From positions 1,046,143 through 1,110,142 of the forward strand of contig JBMORU010000001.1 of NCBI GenBank assembly GCA_049322215.1: a stretch of 64,000 nucleotides of DNA. Reading direction: 5' to 3'. Shown piece after piece: positions 37,769 to 45,900 of this stretch (the stretch's first letter is position 1; every line of letters begins with the position of its first letter). The notes under the pieces are model-generated. The model was not told the DNA's origin and searched no databases. It saw nothing but the letters and a program-made list of their open reading frames with translations. This DNA comes from Patescibacteria group bacterium. Its GTDB lineage: Bacteria; Patescibacteriota; WWE3; UBA101185; UBA10185. Position numbers and translations under genes: made by a program.

Positions 37769-37888
37769 TCACCAAACGAGAATTAAGATCCCACCAACCA
37801 TGACAAAAGGAAAAACAACAGCAACAGCTTTTGCAAGCCGAGGATGCTTCTCCAAACCAAAGGTGTGATTAATAAAGCGCATATACAT
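37769..37888 (-). CDS. 39-aa hydrophobic peptide with perfect SD (MYMRFINHTFGLEKHPRLAKAVAVVFPFVMVGGILILVW), speculative
   Basis: AAAGGAGAC 7 nt upstream of ATG; C-terminal TM helix; 42 nt downstream of the 84-aa gene on the same strand. Confidence 0.3.
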   Translation of the reverse strand: MYMRFINHTFGLEKHPRLAKAVAVVFPFVMVGGILILVW

Positions 37889-37930
37889 GTTTCGTCTCCT
37901 TTACTTGATTTTTTTAATTGTAGAACATTT

Positions 37931-38185
37931 TTACTTATACGTGTACAAAGTCTGCTTTATTGACTTAACTCGCGGGTTTTTCTTCATTATAGCTTTGAGA
38001 GCTTGCTGCACGTCGTTAATTGATGTGGGATTACTCAACTTTTTCCTAATTTCAGTTATGCTCCACGCGTGAAAAGGAGGACCCTCTGACAAAACACGTA
38101 AAACGTCGTCATATACTGCCTGTTTACGGGCTCTTCCCTTTCTTACGTCCTCCTGTACTTCTTTTATTAAGTTTAAAATCCACAT
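37931..38185 (-). CDS. small hypothetical protein, possible winged-helix DNA-binding
   Basis: 84 aa; 'AVYDDVLRVLSEGPPFHAWSITEIRKKL' resembles a wHTH recognition segment. Confidence 0.35.
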   Translation of the reverse strand: MWILNLIKEVQEDVRKGRARKQAVYDDVLRVLSEGPPFHAWSITEIRKKLSNPTSINDVQQALKAIMKKNPRVKSIKQTLYTYK

Positions 38186-38331
38186 TTAGTTATCTCCTTT
38201 TTTATTTAAAGTCTTAATAACAGTATAAACTTTTAAATGCAAATACAAAAATGCACAAAAAAAGGCTACCTAACGTTTGTAAGTTGTGTACAAACTATTA
38301 AGTAGCCTACTGTGAAAGGGATGCCTTAGTG

Positions 38332-38685
38332 TTAATTACTTGCATTCAGCTGCAAAGGATTTTGCGAATGCAGAATAATGTTAACTAACGCATCTTCTTC
38401 CTCCGGGGTCAGGTAACCTTCACATAAATTGTTGAAGGATCCGATACCCTGTTGAATGCAGAACAAATTGAGTTGGACGATAAGCTGGCTACGCTCGTCT
38501 CTTCGTGCAGGAACATCCCCATAAAGACGAGTTAAATCCAGGTTTTTCTGCAGGACTTTAAAAACCCGGACGAGTTCTTGAAAATGGGTCTTAACTGCTT
38601 CATTCAGCATTAAGCGTGCCATTCCCGTTTCATATCTGCCGTATAAATCGCCACTAGGCCAATACTTTGTTCCTAACTTTATCAT
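38332..38685 (-). CDS. hypothetical protein in GC-elevated patch
   Basis: 117-aa ORF; local GC about 44% versus about 30% in neighbours. Confidence 0.4.
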   Translation of the reverse strand: MIKLGTKYWPSGDLYGRYETGMARLMLNEAVKTHFQELVRVFKVLQKNLDLTRLYGDVPARRDERSQLIVQLNLFCIQQGIGSFNNLCEGYLTPEEEDALVNIILHSQNPLQLNASN

Positions 38686-38741
38686 GACTATCTCCTTATT
38701 TAACTGATCTGGTTATTATTTCTCAATACCACAATTATACT

Positions 38742-38751
38742 ACTATAGGTT
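38742..38751 (+). repeat. copy 3 of motif (TACTACTATAGGTTTAG variant)
   Basis: Shares TACTACTATAGGTT with copy 4 (40097-40110, minus). Confidence 0.55.
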
Positions 38752-38755
38752 TAGT

Positions 38756-39069
38756 ATGAAAAGGCCTTTCAGGAAAAACAACAAAAATCCGAAAACAACC
38801 GTGAAAAGGCAATTGCCTTAATCAGATTCATTACTGACACTATCACCGCAATTGCTCCCCAAAAGATCGACGCTCGCTGGTACGGCTCTTACAAAACACC
38901 AGGTGTTGCCGGTTATCCAAGCGTTACAGTAACTGCATATCATATACAAACGCAGCGGTTATTGGGACAGTGGACTATTAATGCCGGCGGTGACTACCCT
39001 GCACCTGAAATCTCTAAAGAGCACATTGTGCAGACTATCAATGATGCTCTGCAACAAATGAAAGTTTAA
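38756..39069 (+). pseudogene. frameshifted ORF (A5 homopolymer): MKRPFRK | (K)QQKSENNREKAIALIRF...QQMKV
   Basis: ATG at 38756 sits directly after motif copy 3 and hits a stop after 21 codons. The -1 frame is open for 104 codons to 39069 but has no start. Inserting one A in the AAAAA run at 38771-75 fuses them. GC about 48%. Confidence 0.4.
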
Positions 39070-39077
39070 CTGACCCT

Positions 39078-39136
39078 AAGGAGTTGAAGCTTAAGTTGTA
39101 AAAAAAACAACATAAGTTTTAGCTCCTTTTTTTTCT
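39078..39136 (+). terminator. terminator hairpin C
   Basis: AAGGAGTTGAAGCTTAAGTTG-loop-CAACATAAGTTTTAGCTCCTT then TTTTTTTTC; also positioned to terminate the convergent minus-strand gene ending at 39240. Confidence 0.5.
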
Positions 39137-39239
39137 TTAAAAACAACAGAACTATGAATTATTATAAATTTTCACAAAAAAAACTCTTATGTACTTACGG
39201 TTAATTCTGTAAATACATAAGAGCTATATTAGACACTAA

Positions 39240-40043
39240 CTAGACGTTAACCTCAGGACCAAAAAACACAGGCGGGTCAGCAGGTGGAAGTTCAATAAAT
39301 TCAAGAGGCATCACAAAGCCAGCTTGAATGAGTGCATATATAACCCTACCGTCCTGGCTAAGACCCTTGGCTAAAACTGTACCGTCCAAAAATGTCTTTT
39401 GCCTCAAAGTAGCTAAGGGTGCAGTTCGCCAGTCACCTCCGTATTGTGCATCCATAGAAACCCATGGCATTGAGGTAACTTCAATAATCTCAAAGATAGC
39501 TTCAATAGTCTCAGGAGTATCTTTACAAGAAACTACATTGGCAATTTCGATATTGGGAAGGTATAACACACCATCGTTGTACACAACATCGATAAAAAGC
39601 CAGTTTGGAAGTCTACCGCTTGCCCACCAGCCTAAACCAGACTGCAAATAGCGATCCACAAGATAGTCTACGTTTATGCGATTCCACTCATTGCCAAACT
39701 GATCCAAAAGATCCCAAACATCCCCCTCTACGTAATAAAATGACCCCTCATATTGACATACTTGTGATGTGTCAGACAAGGTCATTATATAGGTCTGCTG
39801 CAAGTCAAAGGATCCGTCAGGCAATTCAGGAATGTTGGAATCTTGTTCTGGCTTGACCTCAGAATTGGAATTTTCTTGCGGAGCCTCCTCAACCTCTACT
39901 TCTGGAATAGCTGTGGGATTCGCTTCTACTGCCTCAGTAACTTCTGCTAACGTACCTTGCATACTTGATTCAAGCAAAAGCACAAACCCAATAACTAAAC
40001 CCAGTGTCCCTAACAAGAGCACACGAAAAAAATTTTTATTCAC
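39240..40043 (-). CDS. secreted/N-terminally anchored hypothetical protein (GTG start)
   Basis: AAGGAGACAGAC-GTG start; N-terminal TM/signal 'VLLLGTLGLVIGFVLLL'; acidic linker; Trp-rich globular part. Confidence 0.45.
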   Translation of the reverse strand: MNKNFFRVLLLGTLGLVIGFVLLLESSMQGTLAEVTEAVEANPTAIPEVEVEEAPQENSNSEVKPEQDSNIPELPDGSFDLQQTYIMTLSDTSQVCQYEGSFYYVEGDVWDLLDQFGNEWNRINVDYLVDRYLQSGLGWWASGRLPNWLFIDVVYNDGVLYLPNIEIANVVSCKDTPETIEAIFEIIEVTSMPWVSMDAQYGGDWRTAPLATLRQKTFLDGTVLAKGLSQDGRVIYALIQAGFVMPLEFIELPPADPPVFFGPEVNV

Positions 40044-40096
40044 GTCTGTCTCCTTATTTCAGATTTGTTTGTTTTCATATTATAGCTTAAAAAATC

Positions 40097-40110
40097 TGTA
40101 TCTACAACCT
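40097..40110 (-). repeat. copy 4 of motif (TACTACTATAGGTT on minus strand), about 55 nt upstream of the 39240..40043 gene
   Basis: Reverse complement of AACCTATAGTAGTA. Confidence 0.55.
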
Positions 40111-40186
40111 ATAGTAGTAGCGTTTTGGCGCAAAATAGTTTATAATTATACAAGTGTAAAACACCAAATCTGATAAGGAGACGCAC

Positions 40187-40432
40187 ATGAGCGACGTAAA
40201 AAAACCAAACTACACAAAAGTAACGCAAGGTGAAGATATTCAAATTGACGGCATCACATATAAATTTACAGCATCCTCTGTAGAACATATGAATGCTTCA
40301 CTTGATATTCACGCAGTGACAGGTCGTTTTGCACCGCGTTTGACAGTACAAATGTATAACCCACTGACAAAACAAAATGACAATATACCTATGTCTAAAG
40401 TTGGCGAAGTACTGCTGCAGCGGCCACATTAA
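40187..40432 (+). CDS. small hypothetical protein
   Basis: 81 aa; AAGGAGA RBS upstream. Confidence 0.35.
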   Translation: MSDVKKPNYTKVTQGEDIQIDGITYKFTASSVEHMNASLDIHAVTGRFAPRLTVQMYNPLTKQNDNIPMSKVGEVLLQRPH

Positions 40433-40538
40433 GTAGTTTGTATGACCTTAGTAAAAATTGTTAAAACCGATTTTTGCTAAGGTCTTTTTTTTGTAAAAAT
40501 GATAAAATACGACAACTAAACCCTAAAGGAGACAAACA

Positions 40539-40730
40539 ATGAGTGAAGTTACACGAATAGAATTTAATTTTTTAGGCAAGCGTTGGTACTACAACGGAAA
40601 CTACAACACGTGGGTTCCCCTGTTTCACACCAAATGGTTTGTTAAGGTAAATGAAAAAGGAGAGGTATACCAATCACAACAAACCGATCCTGAAAACGGA
40701 GAAAGGCCAACCGCCTTTGAAGTTAAATAA
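40539..40730 (+). CDS. small hypothetical protein (Trp/Tyr-rich)
   Basis: 63 aa; AAGGAGA RBS; hairpin GGGTATG...CATACCC follows. Confidence 0.35.
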   Translation: MSEVTRIEFNFLGKRWYYNGNYNTWVPLFHTKWFVKVNEKGEVYQSQQTDPENGERPTAFEVK

Positions 40731-40817
40731 AAAAAGGGGTATGTCTGTTGCCTGTTATAGATAACATGCATACCCTTTAATATTCAATTAATTAAAATAA
40801 ACAGCTATACTTTTATT

Positions 40818-42950
40818 ATGGATCAGAACTTTTTGATGAAACTACAAAGGATAAGCTACCTAAAAACAGCAATTGAAGAGCTTCAAAAGGCATCTACACA
40901 CCATTTAACTTTAGATGATACTATTTCCTCTTATAAAAAGGAGTTAATCAACTTAGAAAATAAAGAAGCTTTAGCAAAAAGCATTCCAGTTCCACAACCC
41001 CCTGTTAACAAAGAACTACCCGGAACGCAGCAACTATCTAACTGGTACAAAGAAAACAATATTTTATTTTTACTTTATCTAGGAGCTGTAATGATGGTTT
41101 TATCAGCCATTATATTTGTAGGTTTTAACTGGGAAATTATTTCAGGCTTAAGTAAAACTTTAATAATGTTACTGTCCTCTTCTGTATTTTTAGTGGCAGG
41201 ACTTTATTTGAGCATTAAAAGCAAAAAACTTAAAGTTGCAGGTGAAACATTTTCGCTAATTGGGGCTTTAAGCTTCCCCTTAGTAGGAGTCGCTTACTAT
41301 AACTTTATAGATAACAGTAGCCTTTCTATGGTTTCTTTAGTTACTTCTGCAATCTCGCTAATTTTATATTTAACACTAGGTAGATTTATTGATAAGAAAA
41401 TATATGCCTATTTAGGAAGTCTCTCTCTAATAGTGCTCTTAGCAACATTGGATACGTTTATAAAATTAACAAGTGTTACTCAATTAAAAACCTATCTACT
41501 TCTTACAGGCGGCTTTATTCTACTTTTAGCTGGAAAATATTACACCCAAACACTTCAAAAAGAAGGCTTTAAAGAAGTTTCAACTGCATATTTACCAATA
41601 CTAACTGTTATCACAGCACTACACATTTTTTCTGAGTACAATAAATTTGGCACTACTAGCATAGTAGTTTTGTCTGCTTTGGTATCATTTTACTACTTTT
41701 TGTCATTTTATTTCCATAAAAACCATGAGTACGTTTTTTTATCAATATCGTTTTTTCATATTTCGGCATTCATGCTTATCAAAGACTTGACCACAGTGAC
41801 AACTGCGGTATATGTGTCATCATTAGTCAGTTTGAGCTTTATTCTAGTAGAAGAAGTGTTATCAGAAAAATCAAGAATACAAAGCATTGCCGCAAACACA
41901 TTTTTAACCGCACCAATTTTATTAGGTTCTATAGCATTACTTCAAAGTAAAACCTTTTCCTTTACAGACGTGGCTTTAATATCTTTATTAATATCGTTTA
42001 GAAATATTTATACTTATTTAAATTACAATATTGAAGAATCACTAGTGTACGGAAACCTAGTACTACTTGTTTCGGTATTTCATACATTAAAGCTATTACC
42101 CATTAGTAATCATATAGAAGTATTTGGACTAGCCACACTATTGTTAGCGCTAATCAATTTTTGGATTTTTAGACAAAAAAGAAACAAGGAAATATTTATG
42201 TATGTAGCCATGATTTTAAGTGGAATAGCTTTTTTTGTAACATTTAACTCCGAAATATACAGCGTGATAGTATCTTTAATTGTGTCAGTTATGTTTTATC
42301 TTGCCAGTATAGATAAAAATGAGGAAGGACTTGCCTATTTAGCACTTGGCTTTTTAACTATTGCTGCTTGGAGGTTGGGAAATATCCTTAATATTTCTTT
42401 TGATGGAAAAAAATTGCTTACAAGTTTATTAATAGCAAGCATAGTAACAGAAAAATCAATCAAGAATCTTACCCAAAAGCCTTATAGATACATTGTACCT
42501 GCATTATGGACTTTAGCTTACTCCTCACTACTTACTGTTTTAAATGTATCAAACAATTTAGTTTTTTATACACCCTTAGGCATAGTTTTATTAGGTTTAA
42601 GCAGCATAGAAAAAAAAGAAAACGATTCAAATGAGTTAGGATTTAAAATTGCAGGATTAACAATACTATTTTTAAGTGTTGTTTTTAAAGCGTTTGAAAA
42701 CACTACTCCATTGTATTCATTAATTTTTGCTATAGAAGGTTTGATACTGGTAGGTTTTGGAATAAACAGCAACGATGATTTAATAAAAAAGACAGGAGCA
42801 GCTTTTGTAATTTTGGCAGTGTTAAGTCAAATATATGAATACCTACTGTCACTACCCAGATGGCTATTAACTAGTGCTATGGGAATATCGCTTTTAACGA
42901 TAGGAATATACTTACTGCTTAAAAAGTACCAAAACGAGCAAAAAAATTAA
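40818..42950 (+). CDS. large polytopic membrane protein (about 20 TM helices) with N-terminal coiled coil
   Basis: 710 aa, almost entirely hydrophobic helices after residue 80. Confidence 0.5.
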   Translation: MDQNFLMKLQRISYLKTAIEELQKASTHHLTLDDTISSYKKELINLENKEALAKSIPVPQPPVNKELPGTQQLSNWYKENNILFLLYLGAVMMVLSAIIFVGFNWEIISGLSKTLIMLLSSSVFLVAGLYLSIKSKKLKVAGETFSLIGALSFPLVGVAYYNFIDNSSLSMVSLVTSAISLILYLTLGRFIDKKIYAYLGSLSLIVLLATLDTFIKLTSVTQLKTYLLLTGGFILLLAGKYYTQTLQKEGFKEVSTAYLPILTVITALHIFSEYNKFGTTSIVVLSALVSFYYFLSFYFHKNHEYVFLSISFFHISAFMLIKDLTTVTTAVYVSSLVSLSFILVEEVLSEKSRIQSIAANTFLTAPILLGSIALLQSKTFSFTDVALISLLISFRNIYTYLNYNIEESLVYGNLVLLVSVFHTLKLLPISNHIEVFGLATLLLALINFWIFRQKRNKEIFMYVAMILSGIAFFVTFNSEIYSVIVSLIVSVMFYLASIDKNEEGLAYLALGFLTIAAWRLGNILNISFDGKKLLTSLLIASIVTEKSIKNLTQKPYRYIVPALWTLAYSSLLTVLNVSNNLVFYTPLGIVLLGLSSIEKKENDSNELGFKIAGLTILFLSVVFKAFENTTPLYSLIFAIEGLILVGFGINSNDDLIKKTGAAFVILAVLSQIYEYLLSLPRWLLTSAMGISLLTIGIYLLLKKYQNEQKN

Positions 42951-43780
42951 GAGACACCAGTACTATGATGATCCTCTATTTCATCAATTATTTGCATTAA
43001 TTGATCTTCTATTTTTGTAAGTCTTTTGTCTAAATGCTCGGTGTTTTTTTTACGCGCCTTCTTTTCCCTATCTTCCACCATGAATGAAGCAATATTAGCT
43101 GTTAATAAAGAAAACAGTATGACACCTAATGTCATAAGAATAACGCCAACTATACGACCTTGCAGTGTGACCGGAAACCTATCTCCATAACCAACAGTTG
43201 TTATACTAACAATTCCCCACCATATACCTTCATAAATGTTTGTTATATTAGCTCCAGGAGCATCCTGTTCGAAAACTGCACCTAATGAACCTAAAAATAC
43301 AACCACCGCAACAATGACACTAATTAAATAGTTTAGACGATGTTTCAACACCAAAGAACGTGTATTTGATATAAATTTTGCTACCAATGGAAATACTCTA
43401 AAAAGCTGTGCATCTCCAAACAAGACAGCAAGCAAATTATAAAGACTTAAAAATGTGCGTTCTAATGTTACTAAAACTGAAATTTGGAAAAGACGTAAAA
43501 TTCTTAGAAAAGGTAAAAAAACAATTAAACCATCGTACCAATGTGCTTTTAAATAATGAATTCTAGACGGAGCCAGATATGTTAATAAAACTAATTCAAG
43601 TACAAATATTAACCATATTGCTACATCTATTACACCTAACACATATAAAACTGTGTTATTTAAAATAAAACTCTCTTCAATAATTATTACACCTAAAAGC
43701 AACATTGTAAGAAACACCATAGGAACTTCAAAAAGGGTTTGATAATTGTTAAAAAGCTCAACACGAGTTTTCTTAGTCAT
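42947..43780 (-). CDS. voltage-gated-type potassium channel
   Basis: Selectivity filter 'TTVGYGD'; S4-like 'LRILRLFQI'; 6-TM architecture; charged C-terminal helix. Confidence 0.75.
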   Translation of the reverse strand: MTKKTRVELFNNYQTLFEVPMVFLTMLLLGVIIIEESFILNNTVLYVLGVIDVAIWLIFVLELVLLTYLAPSRIHYLKAHWYDGLIVFLPFLRILRLFQISVLVTLERTFLSLYNLLAVLFGDAQLFRVFPLVAKFISNTRSLVLKHRLNYLISVIVAVVVFLGSLGAVFEQDAPGANITNIYEGIWWGIVSITTVGYGDRFPVTLQGRIVGVILMTLGVILFSLLTANIASFMVEDREKKARKKNTEHLDKRLTKIEDQLMQIIDEIEDHHSTGVS

Positions 43781-43851
43781 GCTTTAAATTATAAAAGCTA
43801 TTCAAAACTATTTCCATCTACACTTTAAACAAAATCTGCTAACATAATGTT

Positions 43852-44139
43852 ATGCAAAAATTTCTGGTAGCTATATTTTTAGTAAACATCGCAATGATAA
43901 CCTGGGCTTGGGATTTTTTAGGCCTAGTTGCAACTATTGTTTTGTCTGCAGGTGCTTACGCAGTGCTAAAAGCTAAAATTGGAGACAAAAAAGATTTGCC
44001 ACAAAAACTTTCGTTTGGGGTTGTTTTTGTTATTGCAGTATTTGCAGTACAAAGTGCACTACAAATACCAATGTTAACTGTAGCAGCAGCCTTTATAGAA
44101 TTTTTAGTGTTCATAATGTTTATTGGGGATAAAAACTAA
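43852..44139 (+). CDS. small membrane protein, hypothetical
   Basis: 95 aa, 3 TM helices. Confidence 0.35.
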   Translation: MQKFLVAIFLVNIAMITWAWDFLGLVATIVLSAGAYAVLKAKIGDKKDLPQKLSFGVVFVIAVFAVQSALQIPMLTVAAAFIEFLVFIMFIGDKN

Positions 44140-44948
44140 ATTTGCAAATGGTTGAGTAATAAATATCGTACCACCAAAGGCCCCATACCCCCAGGCGAGG
44201 GTGAAACATAACCTAAATGCTTGTGGACAGTACTTATTTGCAAATCCCCTACTATTTTTTCATTTATTACACTAGAACCAAAGTCAATTACGTTACAATT
44301 TTTTGCTATGTTAGAACTTTTTACCAAGCCAGGAACTCCTGCACTTAAAATAAGTAAATCAGCACTTATAAATGTGTCTTTTTCATAAGCATCCGTAGTT
44401 ACTACATTACATTTATACATATGCTTAAAATAATGGGCTAAAGGGCGTCCTACCAAAAACCCCATTCCCACAACGTATACGGTTGAACTAGAAGACAAGT
44501 CTACTTTGGCATAATCTATAAAATGTTGAACCGCTCTAATAACTGGCGGAAAAAAAGAAAAATCACAATCTATGTAAAAACGCTTTTGTGCAGCACTAGA
44601 TAAACAATCAATATCTTTTTTTATGGGTATCAAGTTTAAAAGGGTGTTTAAGTTTTTATCAGGCAGAGGAAGTTGAATTATGCATCCTGTAGTGGTTTGC
44701 TGGTTTGCTATTTCAGTAATTTTAGTTTGCAAATCTTTTAAAGATAAAATGGCGGAAAATTTATAAACACGTAACTTTATTCCTACTTTGTCTGCTATTT
44801 TATTTTTTATTGATATATATTTAGCAGAAGATGGGTTATCCCCTATTTGTATAACGGCTAATTCTCCAACACTACCTTTGTTTTGTACTAAATATGTAAT
44901 ACGAGAATCTAAAGTTTTGGCTTCTAAAGTTCCGTTGAAAATTTTCAT
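44136..44948 (-). CDS. folD: bifunctional methylenetetrahydrofolate dehydrogenase/cyclohydrolase
   Basis: 'IFNGTLEAK...' N-terminus, Rossmann region, C-terminal 'SPSPGGMGPLVV' (FolD 'TPVPGGVGPMT' motif). Start taken at 'MKIFNG'; the track ORF extends to 45023 through an upstream terminator hairpin. Confidence 0.8.
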   Translation of the reverse strand: MKIFNGTLEAKTLDSRITYLVQNKGSVGELAVIQIGDNPSSAKYISIKNKIADKVGIKLRVYKFSAILSLKDLQTKITEIANQQTTTGCIIQLPLPDKNLNTLLNLIPIKKDIDCLSSAAQKRFYIDCDFSFFPPVIRAVQHFIDYAKVDLSSSSTVYVVGMGFLVGRPLAHYFKHMYKCNVVTTDAYEKDTFISADLLILSAGVPGLVKSSNIAKNCNVIDFGSSVINEKIVGDLQISTVHKHLGYVSPSPGGMGPLVVRYLLLNHLQI

Positions 44949-45258
44949 AAAGTTATTATATACATAAAACGCCAAAAACCCCGCCAAAAAGCGGGGTTTG
45001 TATGTAAGACTAAATAAAAGCATCCCGATGTGTCGAGCTTCTCGTTGATATAGGCTCCCCTTTTTAATAGGTGGGTACCCCCGTTATAGTCCACGGACTA
45101 TAACTTCAAGTTCCCTGAGGGAAAATACTGAGATAACACTATATTTTTTCAACGATGTCGGGCACATCAGGAAACGATTTCTATCGAAATCGGCGTTGCT
45201 TCTCAAATGAGAAACGACGTTTCCGTCAAAATTATACTAACCGAAAAGGGCTAAAATG
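44949..45258 (-). promoter_or_regulatory. structured folD leader with intrinsic terminator (candidate riboswitch/attenuator)
   Basis: 235-nt non-coding, locally GC-rich, multiple hairpins (e.g. UUAUAGUCC-GUG-GGACUAUAA; GAUGU-GCCCG-ACAUC). Terminator CCCCGC-UUUUUG-GCGGGG + UUUUUGGCGUUUU about 30 nt before the folD ATG. Confidence 0.35.
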
Positions 45259-45900
45259 TCAATAATCTACGCCCAAAATTTTAAGAGAAAAACTTAGTAA
45301 AGGATCAATGATTAAGCTTGTGGTTCTAGTAAAAATTAAAAGTAAAAGAATAAAAATTCCATAAGGCGCCATTTGCATCCACTGTATAGAAAGTTCGTTT
45401 GGTAAAAGGCCATTAACAATTTTAAATCCATCTAGTGGATGTACAGGAATTAAATTAAAAATACCTAAAACTAAGTTATAAAAAATTGTTAAAAATAAAA
45501 AAGACTCAGCTAAAAAGAAAAAAGGCACATTTGGTAAAAGTTTTAAAACAATTGCAAGTAATGTAGCCAAAATAAAGTTAGAAGCAGGCCCTGCAAATGA
45601 AATTAAGGCTGCATCTCTTTTAGGATTTTTTAAATGTATTGGATTAAAAGGAACAGGCTTTCCCCAGCCGAAACCTGCCAAAAGCAATAATACAGTTCCC
45701 ATTGGGTCTAAATGAGCTTTAGGGTTTAATGTTACTCTACCCATGTAACGTGCCGTAGGATCGCCTAATTTATCTGCAATATAGGCATGGGCAAATTCAT
45801 GTATAGAAATAGAAACAACTAAAGCAAGGGCAACTAATAAAAATACTACTAAATTAAAAACAAAATTTTCGGAACCATTTAAAAGAATATTTAATAACAT
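45259..45900 (-). CDS. M50-family (site-2 protease-like) zinc metallopeptidase
   Basis: 'HEFAHAYIA' HExxH in a TM helix; 'NLIPVHPLDG' LDG motif; polytopic. Confidence 0.7.
   Translation of the reverse strand: MLLNILLNGSENFVFNLVVFLLVALALVVSISIHEFAHAYIADKLGDPTARYMGRVTLNPKAHLDPMGTVLLLLAGFGWGKPVPFNPIHLKNPKRDAALISFAGPASNFILATLLAIVLKLLPNVPFFFLAESFLFLTIFYNLVLGIFNLIPVHPLDGFKIVNGLLPNELSIQWMQMAPYGIFILLLLIFTRTTSLIIDPLLSFSLKILGVDY

Noticed and set aside
36247-39136. Palindromic elements as integron attC sites
   Set aside because: No GTTRRRY/RYYYAAC core sites at the ends and no intI nearby. Ends are AAGGAGTT/AACTCCTT with a downstream T-run, which fits terminators or REP-like elements better.
44949-45258. 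folD leader as a ZTP (pfl) or THF riboswitch
   Set aside because: I could not find the hallmark ZTP elements (ACUGGC...GGUGGG..ACCACCGGGGAGCGACC...CCGCCUGGGC) or the THF consensus by eye. Kept only as a generic structured-leader candidate.
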